Part shown: positions 38,471 to 50,740 of the stretch, in pieces
Layout: each line of letters starts with the position of its first letter
How positions within the stretch are numbered: the stretch's first letter is position 1
DNA from: Lama glama
Taxonomy: Eukaryota
Length of the DNA: 64,000 nt
NCBI GenBank assembly: GCA_028534125.1
Contig: CM052816.1
Location: 2,792,001 to 2,856,000, forward strand
Direction of reading: 5' to 3'
Position numbers and translations under genes: made by a program
The notes under the pieces: generated by a model
What the model was told of the DNA's origin: nothing
What the model saw: the letters and a program-made list of their open reading frames with translations, nothing else
The model's database searches: none

Positions 38471-38663
38471 TTGATGCTGAGGTTTCACATCTGGTCCTCT
38501 GCCTCCCTTACTTGACTTTTGTCTTTCTAGATTCCCTAGGTCCTAAAAGCCAGGTTTCTATTCATCCAGCTAATGACTTGCCATGCTCTGCAGAATGGTA
38601 ATGAATATGAAAGTATTTTATAAGCCGTAACAAACCATACAAGTGTGAAGACTTATTTTACTC

Positions 38664-38696
38664 TGTGTGTGTGTGTGCGTGTGCGTGTGTGCGTGT
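38664..38696. repeat. (TG/CG)n alternating purine-pyrimidine tract
   Basis: tgtgtgtgtgtgtgcgtgtgcgtgtgtgcgtgt. Confidence 0.9.
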
Positions 38697-39119
38697 TGCA
38701 TTCATCTCCGCTTCTGTCTGGTTTCTGACTTGTTAATTTACCTTTCTCCTGAATGTAGTCACCTGAAATTCACACTCCCTAACTAGAGAAATGCCTGCCT
38801 CCCAGGCAAGCCCCCACACATCCACAGTATGCCTGGATGCTCCCAGTCCTAGCTCCTTTCAAATTGGGAAATAACCTGAGGCCATTTCTCTCCTAGACCC
38901 AGAGGCAAGTGCTGCCTTGCTGATAGAAATTCTTTATAAAGCATCCTCTCTCCCGGCATCCTATGGCTCCCTCATTTGTCCCTATGTCCCTCCTATTGAT
39001 TCCCACTGCCCTTCAAATTGGTCCCGTATGCACTCCTTTAAAGCTTAAAATCGCCTTTTTTATCATATGCCTACATCAGCAACAGACAATTTCTATGGTG
39101 TCCAAGGAAAACAGCCACA

Positions 39120-39380
39120 TAACCATAAAGCTAATACTATCTGAGCATTTACTATATTCTTTGTACTGGGCAAAGCAGCTTACATACATTTCTTCATTCG
39201 ATCCTCGAATTGTCCCTGTGAGATGTTTAGAATTGTTATCTCCATTTAACGGATGGCAGAACTGAGGTCAAGAATGTGCCTTAGATCACACATGTTAAGA
39301 GACAAAGCCAAAGTTTAAGCCAGATGTTTGTGTTTCCAAAGCCTCACACTTTTAATGAGTATGCTATTCTCCACAACATG
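39120..39380 (-). mobile_element. MIR
   Basis: 'ctgagcatttactat...cattcgatcctc..ccctgtgaga...tccatttaacggatggcagaactgagg'. Confidence 0.75.
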
Positions 39381-42289
39381 AGGGATAATTTTTTTAATTC
39401 TCTGAAATGAATGAAGGCTTTCCAGCCCTTTCAGATTGACCAGGCGTCTCCTGTAATCTCCAACAATGTCTGGACTCTCTGATCAAGCATATTCCCAACG
39501 GGGAACTCCACCTAGAACAGCCTGTGGCCCACTCTGTGTCAGCTGGTGACTTGGTTCAAGGTCCTGTGCAACAACTGCTCCCTGATCGTTAATCCACATA
39601 GGCTGGCACACAGCTACGGTCAGAGATTATGAGACAAGGGGACACCTGAAAGGAGGGAACTGAATGCAAATTAATCTTCCACATGAAAGAGAAACATGTT
39701 GTCATGTTTCTTTGTTTTTTTCCAGTCAAAAGGGCTTATCTGCTTCCTGGATATGGGAGCCCAATATTTAGAAACCAGTATTTCCCATTTTAGATTCTTC
39801 TGCTCACTTCAGTACTTCTTCTGGCCATTACTACACCCTTTACGTGACGGAAAGAATTTTAAACTCACTCATGTTAGTGGCATGACATACAGCATTCGCA
39901 TGTAAGAACATTTGCTTCAATTCTACTGACACTTGAGCAGGTGTTTCGACGTCTGACCTCCTGGGTTAAAACCCCTGTTTCATCAATTTTTTCAAGCTCT
40001 CGAAGCCTCAGTTGCCTTAGCTGTCATGAGTATCAAATAAACTAACGCGAGTAAATTCCTTAGCGCAGACTGACCTTCACAGGTGGGTAAGAAGTACACT
40101 TGGATGCTAAACCAAACCGAAAGAAAAATAGTAAGAATGATAAATCAGGCCAATAACTAGAAGAAGTGATCACGGATGGCAGAGCTGTACTTCTCCACCT
40201 TTTCCTTACAGCCAGAAGGAAAAATAGGTATGGGAAACTAAAGGGCAGAGAAGAGAAAAAGGATATGAAACCCACCTCTCTTCATCCCTTCCAAATGGTG
40301 CTGGGACCCAAGATGCAGCCTCTGTGCAGAGGCCAGCCCTCTGGGTTGGCATGTTCGTCTCCCTGTCCCTGCAGGTCAGTAGGAAGCACAAGGCCTTCAG
40401 GCAAGGAGGGGAGTGTCTCAGCTGAGGTCCAGAGCCTGCTCCTCTTAACTGAAATTTCTCCCTCTTTAGAGAAGGGAGCTCAAGAAAGGAATGAACGAGT
40501 AAACAGAGGAAGGGGTAGTGGAGAGTCGGCAAAAAGGCTGAGTGTTCTCAGCAGAAAACAAACCTGAGCCTACATACCAGACATCATTGCCTTGAATATG
40601 ACTTCGGACAACCACATTGTGTAAGCCAGCCAAGGGGAATAAACAAATCCAGAGCTGGGAAACGCGCTCTTTTACGGAGTCTAAGAACATCTCCCACGGC
40701 CAGTTCATCAGTGGCAGAAATCTTAGCATTTCACTGTTTAAGGGCCCATGAAACCTGAGTGAGGAACAACTCGTTTCCTGGCTCTCTCCATTACAATTCC
40801 TTCTAATTTAAAATTTAAAATGAATGCGAACAATAATCAGTTTGTAAATACCGTTTTTAAGTTCACTAGAGCTTTGCCGAGATAGTCCTTCTAGGTAACA
40901 AGTATGTGGCTCATTACTCTCTCATTAGCAAGATAGAAATAAAGATGAAAAAAAAAAGGAAGAAAAAAAGAAAAAAAGACCCACTCCAAAGATATTGTTG
41001 GCGTCTAATTGCCTGCAAGGAATTCTTAATAATGTTTACTAATGCCTTTTCAGCCTTGCCAATTTTATAACGCTCATTCCAGATTCCAGGTGTGACGTCT
41101 GTGGTCCCTGCTGTGATCTTAGCTGGTGAGTTTAGACACCTAGAATAGCAGCTTTGGAGAGTTTTTAGCCCCATCTTATGTCCCCAGAATGCAATCACAC
41201 CCACTGGGGCTTTAGAAAGCAAATTTGAAGCTCTGGCATTTTTATTTAAAATGAAATCTCTAATTGGACAAGGCTTGCCATTTAACCTAGACAAGACATG
41301 GCACCATCTCCACCTGGTTCATTGAGGGCAAGACTCCAAGGGCGAATCTTTTGCTGGACATTGCAAGTGGCTGAGAAGCTTTTCTTTCTCTGTGTCCTGG
41401 AAACTCTGCTTAGGGCAGATTGTTCTGTTATCTGAAACACAGTTTCTTTGTTTTTAATTCTGTTTGGCATTCTGGAAATCCAAAAACAATTGGATAATAT
41501 CTTACAGAGATGCAGAGTCTATACCATAGATTGGTTTCTTTGATCTCACCACTGCTAAAGCAAAGAATGGCAAGAGGACCCAGGAAGAAATTACAGGAGT
41601 TTGGAGTGGGGTGGTCCTAGGGGAGGCAAGGATTGTTTTCCTTCTAAACAACCTATGAATTACTTAGGAATAATTATGTAGAAAATAACTCATTGACCCT
41701 TGTAAGAACTTTGAATGTGAAGAAACCAAGGCTAGGAATATGTAAACTCACTGCAGGTTAGAGACCACATCTATCAGAGGTTTATCCTCACGATTCTGTC
41801 CAGTGGATTCCTAATCTTCCCAAGCCACCTTTTTGCCTCTTTCCTGTCCTCTAAGCAGTTGAAACAGTCTTCCTAAGCCCACAGGGTCAAGGCTGAGATG
41901 TGAGGCTTTCATTCCTGGAGTTAAATTTGAGAAGCAACTTTGAAACCGACTTACTCATTTCCTTCATGCTGGTAAACCCTCTCTCTTACAGTTTTATGGT
42001 GAGAAGGAGGGAAAAAGGAAGTGAGTCCTAGCTCCATCAAAATTCCTCGCAATTCTAGTGTTTAAAGAACTTTTGGTACCTACTTGTTCATATGCATCTG
42101 CTGTTGATTCCATGGGGAAACCAAGCAGAGAACCGTGAACAAGTTCCCCCAACAGGGTTCATAAAACAAAACTGAAAAAGATACAAGAAGCCAAAATTTC
42201 AAAACCACTAAGTCAAAATCAGGCAGTATGCCCAGATCTGGGGTTCGTTCCTCAAAAAGCCAAAACCTCTAACAGACAAGCAAAAGCTC

Positions 42290-43240
42290 CTTTTAGCCTG
42301 GGACAGTGGAAGAGGCTTGGACTAGGTAGGGTTGAAGGGTTCTAAGTTCTGCCATCAACTAGCTGTGTGATCTTAGGCAAGGTGTTGGCCTCTCTGATCT
42401 CCAGTTTTAAGTATCTATAAAATGAACAGATTTAACTTGAAAGTGGGTGAATTCTGATGCTTGGTTTTGAAACTGGCTCCACTACTTATTAGCTGTGTAA
42501 CTTTAGCCATGTTACTTAACCAGAGTGCCTCAGTTTCCTGACTTGTGAAAGAGGGACAACTATACTGCTTCCCTCACAGGGCTGTTGTGAGAATTTTAAA
42601 ATAACAGTAATACAGGTAAAGGGCCTAGAATGTGTCTGCAATGCAACCATCAATGGACATTAGGTGCTGCTCCTATTAAATGCTGTTAAATGACTGTAAC
42701 TCATGGAATTAACAGGCGCAGGAAGGACAAAGCAGTTACCCGAGCTGACTCTGGGCAAAAGGCTCCTGCTATTCTGGCCTTATGACTAATTCACTCCTCC
42801 CAGGACTCAGAAGTCCTGATCCCTGTCTCCATGAAGATGCATTTTTACCTGATCCTCTTCCAAAAACTAAGTTTTACTTTCAGGTTCCCAGTCCACACTT
42901 GGCAAACACCAGCTCTTGTCCTCGTCTAGCGGCCCTCAAAAGCTCTCGACCGGCCCCTCTGAGAGAGAAATCTCTAGTTCTAAGCTGGCTTTTACAATTC
43001 ATTAGCTATACAGCCTTGACCAAGTCATTCAACTTCTTGACCAATTTCTCCTTCTGGAAAAAAATAAAAATTATAAAATCAGCATTTTTGCATGGCCCTA
43101 GAGACAAACAAATGAGGAGATAATAATAAAAAACTCCTAAGAAACATTTATTGAGCAACTACTATGCACAGACACTGTGCTAGACGTTTTACACACGGCA
43201 TTTCAGTGAAATAGTCCTCGTAACAATCCCAAGAGGCAAG
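42290..43240. mobile_element. Cluster of four MIRs (three +, last -)
   Basis: Repeated 'agctgtgtga.cttaggcaag', 'gtgcctcagtttcctgacttgtgaaa' and 'ccttgaccaagtcattcaacttct'. Reverse copy 'aacatttattgagcaactactatgcacagacactgtgctag'. Confidence 0.75.
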
Positions 43241-43502
43241 AAGAAGATTCGCACTGTCACTTTGCCAGTTGCTCAGGTCAAAACCCTTGAAGTCATTCTT
43301 AAATCTTTTCTCTTACATTCTACACCAACCCATAAGCAAATCATCTTGGCTCTACCTTAAAGAACAGATCTAGACCATTTCTCACCAATCCTACCTCCAT
43401 CACCCTACTCCCACCAACCTGCCTGGACCACTGCAATAGCTTGCTAACCTTGGCCCATCTGTTCTCTACCAGCAGACAGAACAACTATTTTAAGAACATA
43501 AA

Positions 43503-43643
43503 ATGTCTCTTCCCTGCTCAAGATTCTCCAGAAATGTCCATTACACACAGAATAAAACCCATTTTCAACCATATGTCTCTTCCCTGCTCAAGATTCTCCA
43601 GAAATGTCCATTACACACAGAATAAAACCCATTTTCAACCATA
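43503..43643 (+). repeat. Perfect 70-bp tandem duplication (2 copies)
   Basis: 43503-43572 is identical to 43573-43642. Confidence 0.97.
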
Positions 43644-43649
43644 GCGTAT

Positions 43650-45065
43650 AGGTTGACCTCTGCTAACATTTGCAGGGTCCAGGGCAAGAATCCAAAGGAA
43701 GATCCACCTATCACATTCCAAATTTTTTAAGGTTTTAAACCAAGATGACAAACTGCTTAAAAATATTTTCTGCCTATATACTTGATAAATATATGGAATA
43801 GTGAGTGAAACCTAAAAATATGTTTTTAAATGACTAAAATCTATTTTTAAATGACTAAAAGTATAAATCTATGGTCTTCAAATATCCAAACATTGGCAAA
43901 ATATCTAAAACTATTCATTTTCATCATTATTCTGCATTTTGGGTGTCTTCTTGATGGACTAGATATGTTTGGATGAATAATAAAATAAATGTGTAAACAA
44001 ATGATAAATTGCTATCCATTCATTCCATAAATTTTTTCTTGCCTTAATTTCAGCAAAATTAGCAAGTATTTATTACAATCAAGTCTTTCATGTAATTTTG
44101 TGTTCTATTGACAGAAATTACCTAAAGTATTAAAAGGTATTTTTATTCAAAGTATATAATATCTGAATAGATTTTCATCAAAAATTTCAATTAATGTAAA
44201 TATAAAAATCAAAACAAAATTGTTTTCATGTTTGCAAAAATGCTGCTTTCATTAAAATATTCAAAATTATCTACTAAAATTTAAAGGCAAACATTTATTT
44301 ATATTAATGAATGTCAACATTTTAAATCAAAGTATTTAAATAAGGCTGAAATGCATTTACTTTTTTGAAAATCTAATTAAATCCTCTTTAATATTTTTAT
44401 AAAATGAAACTATTTGTAATTCTAGACTGAAGGTTCATCTACTTGCCAATGTAAAGCTCCTGTATCACAGCATATTTAACACTTTTTACCACTAAATGTA
44501 TATAAAAATATATATAAAAATTTAAGAGTAATATGACTTTTTTACATTGCAAAGCATTCTTTAACCACCATATGCAACCTTATTCATGAGTACTTTCAGA
44601 AGCACATTTTGGAATATGAAGAAAAGCAAGAAAATAGATGCTTGACGCCGCTGGGAAATAATTTTGCACTTCATTATGCAAAAAATTTTTGGTATTTGAG
44701 ATATCTTGAAGGAAGAATTGATCAAATCAACTTTTCTTTTATTTAAATACTTCACTCAAATCCTTTCTGAACTCCTAATCAGTGTCTGTTTCCAAGGTCA
44801 GCAACAGCATAACTTTCAATCAAACTTTTACAGCTTTTGGATGCAGTGACCTTTTGTTTTGAGGACATAGGGCAAGTGTGCCTCTGGGGCCTGAATGGTG
44901 TTAATTACAAGGGTGGATGCGTAGGGTTTGAATTGCTCTGTGTTAACACTGAGTGCTGAATCACAAGGAATAGAGGCCTGTGTGTTCGTTAATAAGTTTT
45001 GCTTTTTCCGTGACTGTGGTGCTCAGGACCCTCCAATGCTCTTGCCTTGGGGGGAAGGGCAGTAC
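43650..45065. mobile_element. About 1.4-kb AT-rich DNA transposon remnant (hAT-Tip100, possibly Zaphod-like)
   Basis: Cleanly interrupts the L2. GC-richer ends ('catttgcagggtccagggcaagaatccaaagga', 'gggaagggcagtact') surround a very AT-rich core. Family assignment from memory only. Confidence 0.55.
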
Positions 45066-45979
45066 TACCTACAAGGTTTTACACGATCTGGCTCCTGGGT
45101 ACTTGTCCGCACCATCTCCTGCCACTCTCTTCCTCGGTCATGCTGATTCAGTGAGATTTGCCTTCTTGCAGTCCCTTGACCACAACATCCTTGTTGAACA
45201 CCTCAGATGACTTTCTGTCTCCTCCATCTGAAATGTCCTTCTTCTAGAAGTTGGCCCAACTCACCCTCTCAGGACCTCATGTCTCTACTCAAAAGTCACA
45301 GTATCAAAGAGGCCTCCCCTGGCCACATTATCTAAAGCAGTATTTTTATTACTTACTATTCCCTCACTCTACTTTATTTTCTGCTTCACGGTAATCATCT
45401 ACCTGATATTAAATATAATATTTATATCTTCATTGCTTGCTTTTCCAGAGTAAGTCATCCCACTTTTGTTCACAAAATGCAGTATAGTACATTTTCAGTA
45501 AATGCTTGGTATATGGAGGCACTCAATAAATATTGGTTTCCTTTTTTTCCTGCAGCCCTGTGCTCTTCTTGCTCTTTCTTTTTCTTTTTTTCTTTTTTTT
45601 TTTTTTTTTTGAGGTGGATAGATTTTTTTAGATGGGATTCCTTCTCACTTGAGGAAGAATTAGTTGTAGATTCTCAGACTTGAAAATGGCAGAGATGTAC
45701 CAGGTGTAGGTCTGACCTATTATCCCCAAGTGAGGGACAGAAGACAGAGATGACTAACAGTATCTCAAAGTCACAAGAAGAAAGTCAGTAAAAAAGGCTA
45801 TATTCTCTAAGACCAGTTGCCTTTTGCAAGCAATCCACACCTCGGAGTTGTTACAGTTGGATCTAGTTAAGGGACTCCCTGTACACTCTCTTCCATAGCC
45901 ATACCCCTTCCTGTTGCAAGAAAACAAAGGTCAGCTCTCTTGCTGTATACATTCTCTTTTTGCTTTTTCCTACCACTTA

Positions 45980-46215
45980 CCGGGGCATCAAGTGTATGCC
46001 AAGCACTATGCTTAGCGCTCACCATGCTCAGTCTCATTTAACCTTAATATCCAACACATAGCAGCTACCACTGATGTCCACATTTTACAGATAAGGGAGG
46101 TGACACTCAGAGGGAGAATGTTTTTCAAGGCTAGTAAGCAGCAGAGCCAGATTTCTAATACAGTTTTGTTTCCCTCCGAAGCCCATGCTCTTAACCACTA
46201 TGCCTTCTGCCTCCT
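45980..46215 (-). mobile_element. MIR
   Basis: 'tatgccaagcactatgcttagcgct...cattttacagataagggagg...gaagcccatgctcttaaccactatg'. Confidence 0.8.
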
Positions 46216-46929
46216 CAAATTCATCTAGACCCTTCAAGTCAATGACATTCACCAGGCACCTTCTAATGGAATGCTGTGGTAGGTGCTACGGCCAACACAA
46301 GAATAATGAAAGTTCATTTCCTTAAGCTGCTTTACTCTACAAGGAGAGACAAGATTCTCTTATACTAAACCAACAACAAAAACTATAGTATATGAGTTCT
46401 TGGCGACACGAATGGTCTGGACCTAGAGCAACAGGTGCTCTAGGAAGATGGAAAAATAACTGTGGACGTCTTTAGTAAGATGGAGAAGCAGAGGAGTGAA
46501 CATTCAAGCCTAACCCTAAAGGATATGGCCCTGCAATACAGTACTGCTCTCTGTGCAGAGATGCACGTGTAGGTGATGCTTCCATTCATTTGTGTATTTA
46601 CTGCACAGTATTTACCGATGTCATGTGCCTGGGAATCTACTGGGTGCTTGGCAGACTAAAATAAATGCTTTGCAGAGGAAAATTAAGTGGCCAGGGAAGA
46701 GGGCAGATCCGGGCTCTGTGAGGAACAGGAGGCTGCCTTCCTGGCTCCAAAGATCCCATTAGGAAAAAATGTGTTCAGCATTCTTTCTTTACTGCCCAGA
46801 GTATTAAGAACATTTTGCAATCAAGAACCACTAAGTGGACCCTGGAGAGCATCCATCCAGTACCAGGTCAGATTTCAGTGGAAGCTCTTGCTTCTAACTC
46901 TGTGGATGAGACAAACAAAATGGTCAAAG

Positions 46930-47120
46930 GAGCAGGCTTGAATCCTGGCTCCCACATGAGTTCTGTGTTCCTGGGCACATGACTTGTCTTCTCTGAGCCT
47001 CATTCTCCTCAATTAAAGAATATGGAAGACAATCCTTACTTCATAGGGTTGCAGTGAGGATTAAATGAGATAAAATGTATAAAAATGCTGGCATATAGTT
47101 AGAGCCCCCAAATGAACAGT
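46930..47120 (+). mobile_element. MIR
   Basis: 'tgaatcctggctcc...tctctgagcctca...tcatagggttgcagtgaggattaaatgagat'. Confidence 0.8.
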
Positions 47121-49468
47121 TCTTTCCCTTCTCCATTGTTTTTTTTGTTTTGTTTTGTTTTGTTTTTTGGAAAATAGTTCTTTGCTTTCTGAGCAAGAAA
47201 GTATAAGAAATTGTGGTATGATTTTTCTTTCTGAAGCTATAATTTCACTGAATTCATCTATTCTTTCCACTTGCTTCCTTGGCAGAGTCTCACCACCCCC
47301 AAGCTCTCTTCAAACACATCCCCTAGCCCGCAGTCCATCCCGATCTGCCTTCATCTTTCTCCCAGATTTAAAGCTTCAGCTTCCCTATCCAGGGTAAGAA
47401 TCTACATTGAATGTCTTAGACCTACTTAGACTCGTGTAGCAAAATCATCATAACAGGGCAATCCCCTGCTTTCCCCTGCAATAATCAGGCTCCTTCATTG
47501 GGATAAATGACTTGGCCATCAGGTTTATAGTTTACCCATTTGGGAACTGGATTATTGCTTCATAAAACTGTGCTACATGGTACTATTATCATTTAATTAT
47601 GTTGCCTAAATTAAAAAAAAAAAAAGAAAGATTGCCTTTTAGAGCACTACTCTCCAGCACCACTCCAGGCTTTTTGGGTACCTGGGTTCTTCAGGAAGCT
47701 GACTCCTCCAGCACATTTTCTGGCTTCAGATATCTTTGAGGGTGGAAGGTCATTCTGTTTGGCACATTTTCCTTTGCCAGGTATCTCCCCTCAGAAGGGT
47801 AGTTTGATCTCTATTTGACATGCTATTCCAGATTCCCCAGAAAATTGTGCTACACTGTATGGCAACATTTTCCTTCCCCAAAGTATTATGTGCTTCATGC
47901 TCACATATTTATATATCCCAGGCACTCAGTGCACGCACTGACTTCTTCACATGTGACATGATTGCTCAAAAGAGCACAGTGGAAACTTCTTCCCCAACTA
48001 TCTGATAAAATGGCCAGTAGTTCCCCCTTAAAGATGCACTCTCTGGGGTTAATTTATTTTGTCTATTATGATGCAATTGCCCACATAAGATGTGGAAGGC
48101 AGGATGGAGTAGTTGGGAATGCAAAAGAAGCAAGATTTGCCTTGAGCTGATGACTGTGGAGGTTGGCTGGCGGCACTCAGGAGCTCACTATGCTATTCCC
48201 CCCGCTTGTGTATAGGATTTAAGTTTTTAAAAAGCGATTGCCCTGGGAGGGATAATAGAGTTCATTTTGTTTACATTTTATTATTCATTAATTTATCATA
48301 TCTGATAGGATCCTTCAAGAGATAATGCAAGTATGGATAATGGGAAAGCGAAGATGAAAAAGCTTTGTGACCAGCCCCACAGGACTGCCCTGGTTCAGTG
48401 CAGCTGTGGGTTACACTCCATGGGTCAGCTGGGACAAGGTGGCCCAACAACTGAGTAAAACTTTAGAGGAGAGGGAAGTCAAGAAAGGTTTGAAGAGCTG
48501 GGTACTTGAAGTTGTTTGAAGAAGAGGTAGAGTTTGCATGGACCTAAGAAGAAAGGAAAATATCTCAGAAAAGGGAAATGACACAAGGTGAGGTCTTGAG
48601 AACGAGCACATGGCTTCCTTCTTACATGGCTTCCTAACTGGCCTCTTGCCTTCAGTCTGGTCTCCACACTGCAGTCATAGTGATCTTTCTAAAACACATA
48701 CATGATCTTCTCTTGGTCCTACGGAAACTCCTCCTCGTTTTCTCATTGCACTCAGAAGAAAGTCCCAGATCCGCGGCACTGGCTGCAAGGCCTTGTGTGC
48801 TTGGTATCTCCCTCTGGCCTCATCTGGCACTGCTATCTCCTCGCTCGCTTCTCTCGACTCACACACAAATGCCAGGAAATACACTAACATTTTCACAATG
48901 GCTCTCTCGGGGTCATGGGTTTATGGGTAATTCCTGTGTTTCTTTTTGCTTGTCTTTCAGTTCCTAAATTTTCTACAACGAACCAAGATCACGTTTTTAG
49001 TAATGACAATTTTTAAAGGCCTAGAAAGTGGCATGCAGGGAATTGGCTTAAAGAGGCAATTTTCTCAATGATGCAGGAGGCCTTAGAGGGGGCAAGAAGG
49101 ATAAGGGCCAGCTGTGAACAGGAGACCCCCAGCTGCGGCAAGGAAATGGTGCAGTAGTGACGGAAGTCGGTCCCAGGGGGCAGACTTCAGATCTCCCTGG
49201 AAGTACAGGAAGACTGAAAGAAAGGTAACATTTCACATCTATTCTTCCAAAGAGCATGGGGAAACAAAGGTGAGAAACAGCAGTAGTATCACTGCAAATG
49301 AAGGCAGCACTCATCACAGGCACTCCCTCTGTCTGTCTGTATCATGAGTGGCTTCTGAGTTGTTGTTTGGGGGATAATTTTAAGGGTTAAAATATTTTAA
49401 ATAACCTTTGCTTTCAACAAACTTTGGCCAGGTTCCATTTATTAAATAAATAAATAACTACCCATAGA

Positions 49469-49968
49469 NNNNNNNNNNNNNNNNNNNNNNNNNNNNNNNN
49501 NNNNNNNNNNNNNNNNNNNNNNNNNNNNNNNNNNNNNNNNNNNNNNNNNNNNNNNNNNNNNNNNNNNNNNNNNNNNNNNNNNNNNNNNNNNNNNNNNNNN
49601 NNNNNNNNNNNNNNNNNNNNNNNNNNNNNNNNNNNNNNNNNNNNNNNNNNNNNNNNNNNNNNNNNNNNNNNNNNNNNNNNNNNNNNNNNNNNNNNNNNNN
49701 NNNNNNNNNNNNNNNNNNNNNNNNNNNNNNNNNNNNNNNNNNNNNNNNNNNNNNNNNNNNNNNNNNNNNNNNNNNNNNNNNNNNNNNNNNNNNNNNNNNN
49801 NNNNNNNNNNNNNNNNNNNNNNNNNNNNNNNNNNNNNNNNNNNNNNNNNNNNNNNNNNNNNNNNNNNNNNNNNNNNNNNNNNNNNNNNNNNNNNNNNNNN
49901 NNNNNNNNNNNNNNNNNNNNNNNNNNNNNNNNNNNNNNNNNNNNNNNNNNNNNNNNNNNNNNNNNNNN
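49469..49968. other. Assembly gap (500 N)
   Basis: Exactly 500 N. Confidence 1.
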
Positions 49969-50559
49969 TAAAACTACACAACAGGCTCCAGAGGAGCAGC
50001 CCTGAGCCCCAGCAGAGCAGGGGATTTATACATCCTGAGAGGGGCATGAACCTGATTCAGAGGGTAGGGGATATGCCTTGACTCTGTGACTTTTTCTTTT
50101 TAATTGGCCTTGTTATGACACAACCCAGACATTCAGTCACCGAGTAGAGACAGCCTAAAAGGAATGTGATGAAACTTCTGTCTTTTACAGGGTGAGTGAA
50201 CACATTTTAATAATTAAGTTACCAGGGCTTTGATGAGAGTCAAAACCTCAGGATGAACATGGTCCCAAACTCATAAGCAGGATTTCAAAAGAGGTTAGCC
50301 CCATCCCCCGTCACCTCTGCCCTTCCTCCTCTGTGAATGCAGCAATCCCAAAGCCCACTGCTCACCGAATAGAGACCGTGGCTTAGATAAGACAGTCTGA
50401 ACGCTGGAAAGCTCAAATGTCAACCTGAGTCAGTCCATTACTATAGAACTAAGTGGCATCAAGACTTCTAACTAAAACATGGTTAAACCTGACTTTGGGG
50501 GGCTCACCACCAGGTGCCAGTTTACAGTAAATCAGGATAAATTATCAAATATCTTCAGT

Positions 50560-50740
50560 CACACCCTTGACCCTATTTAAGTCTATCAACTTCTCTATGC
50601 CTTGGTTTCCTCATCTGTCAAATAAACATACTCCTGATACTTATCTAATAGGATCGTGGGAAAACTAAAGGAGGAAAGTCATGTAAAAACCTTAAAATAG
50701 TACTTCCTCAATAGATAAATCACTAAGTAACTAATAATGA
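50560..50740 (+). mobile_element. MIR
   Basis: 'ttctctatgccttggtttcctcatctgtcaaat'. Confidence 0.7.

Larger units (their letters stand above)
43250..45535 (+). mobile_element. L2a 3' region in two pieces (43250-43650 and 45065-45535), interrupted by a DNA transposon
   Basis: 'ccagttgctcaggtcaaaacccttgaagtcattctt...accatagcgta' resumes as 'caaggttttacacgatctggctcctg...gaggcactcaataaatattggtt'. Confidence 0.8.
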
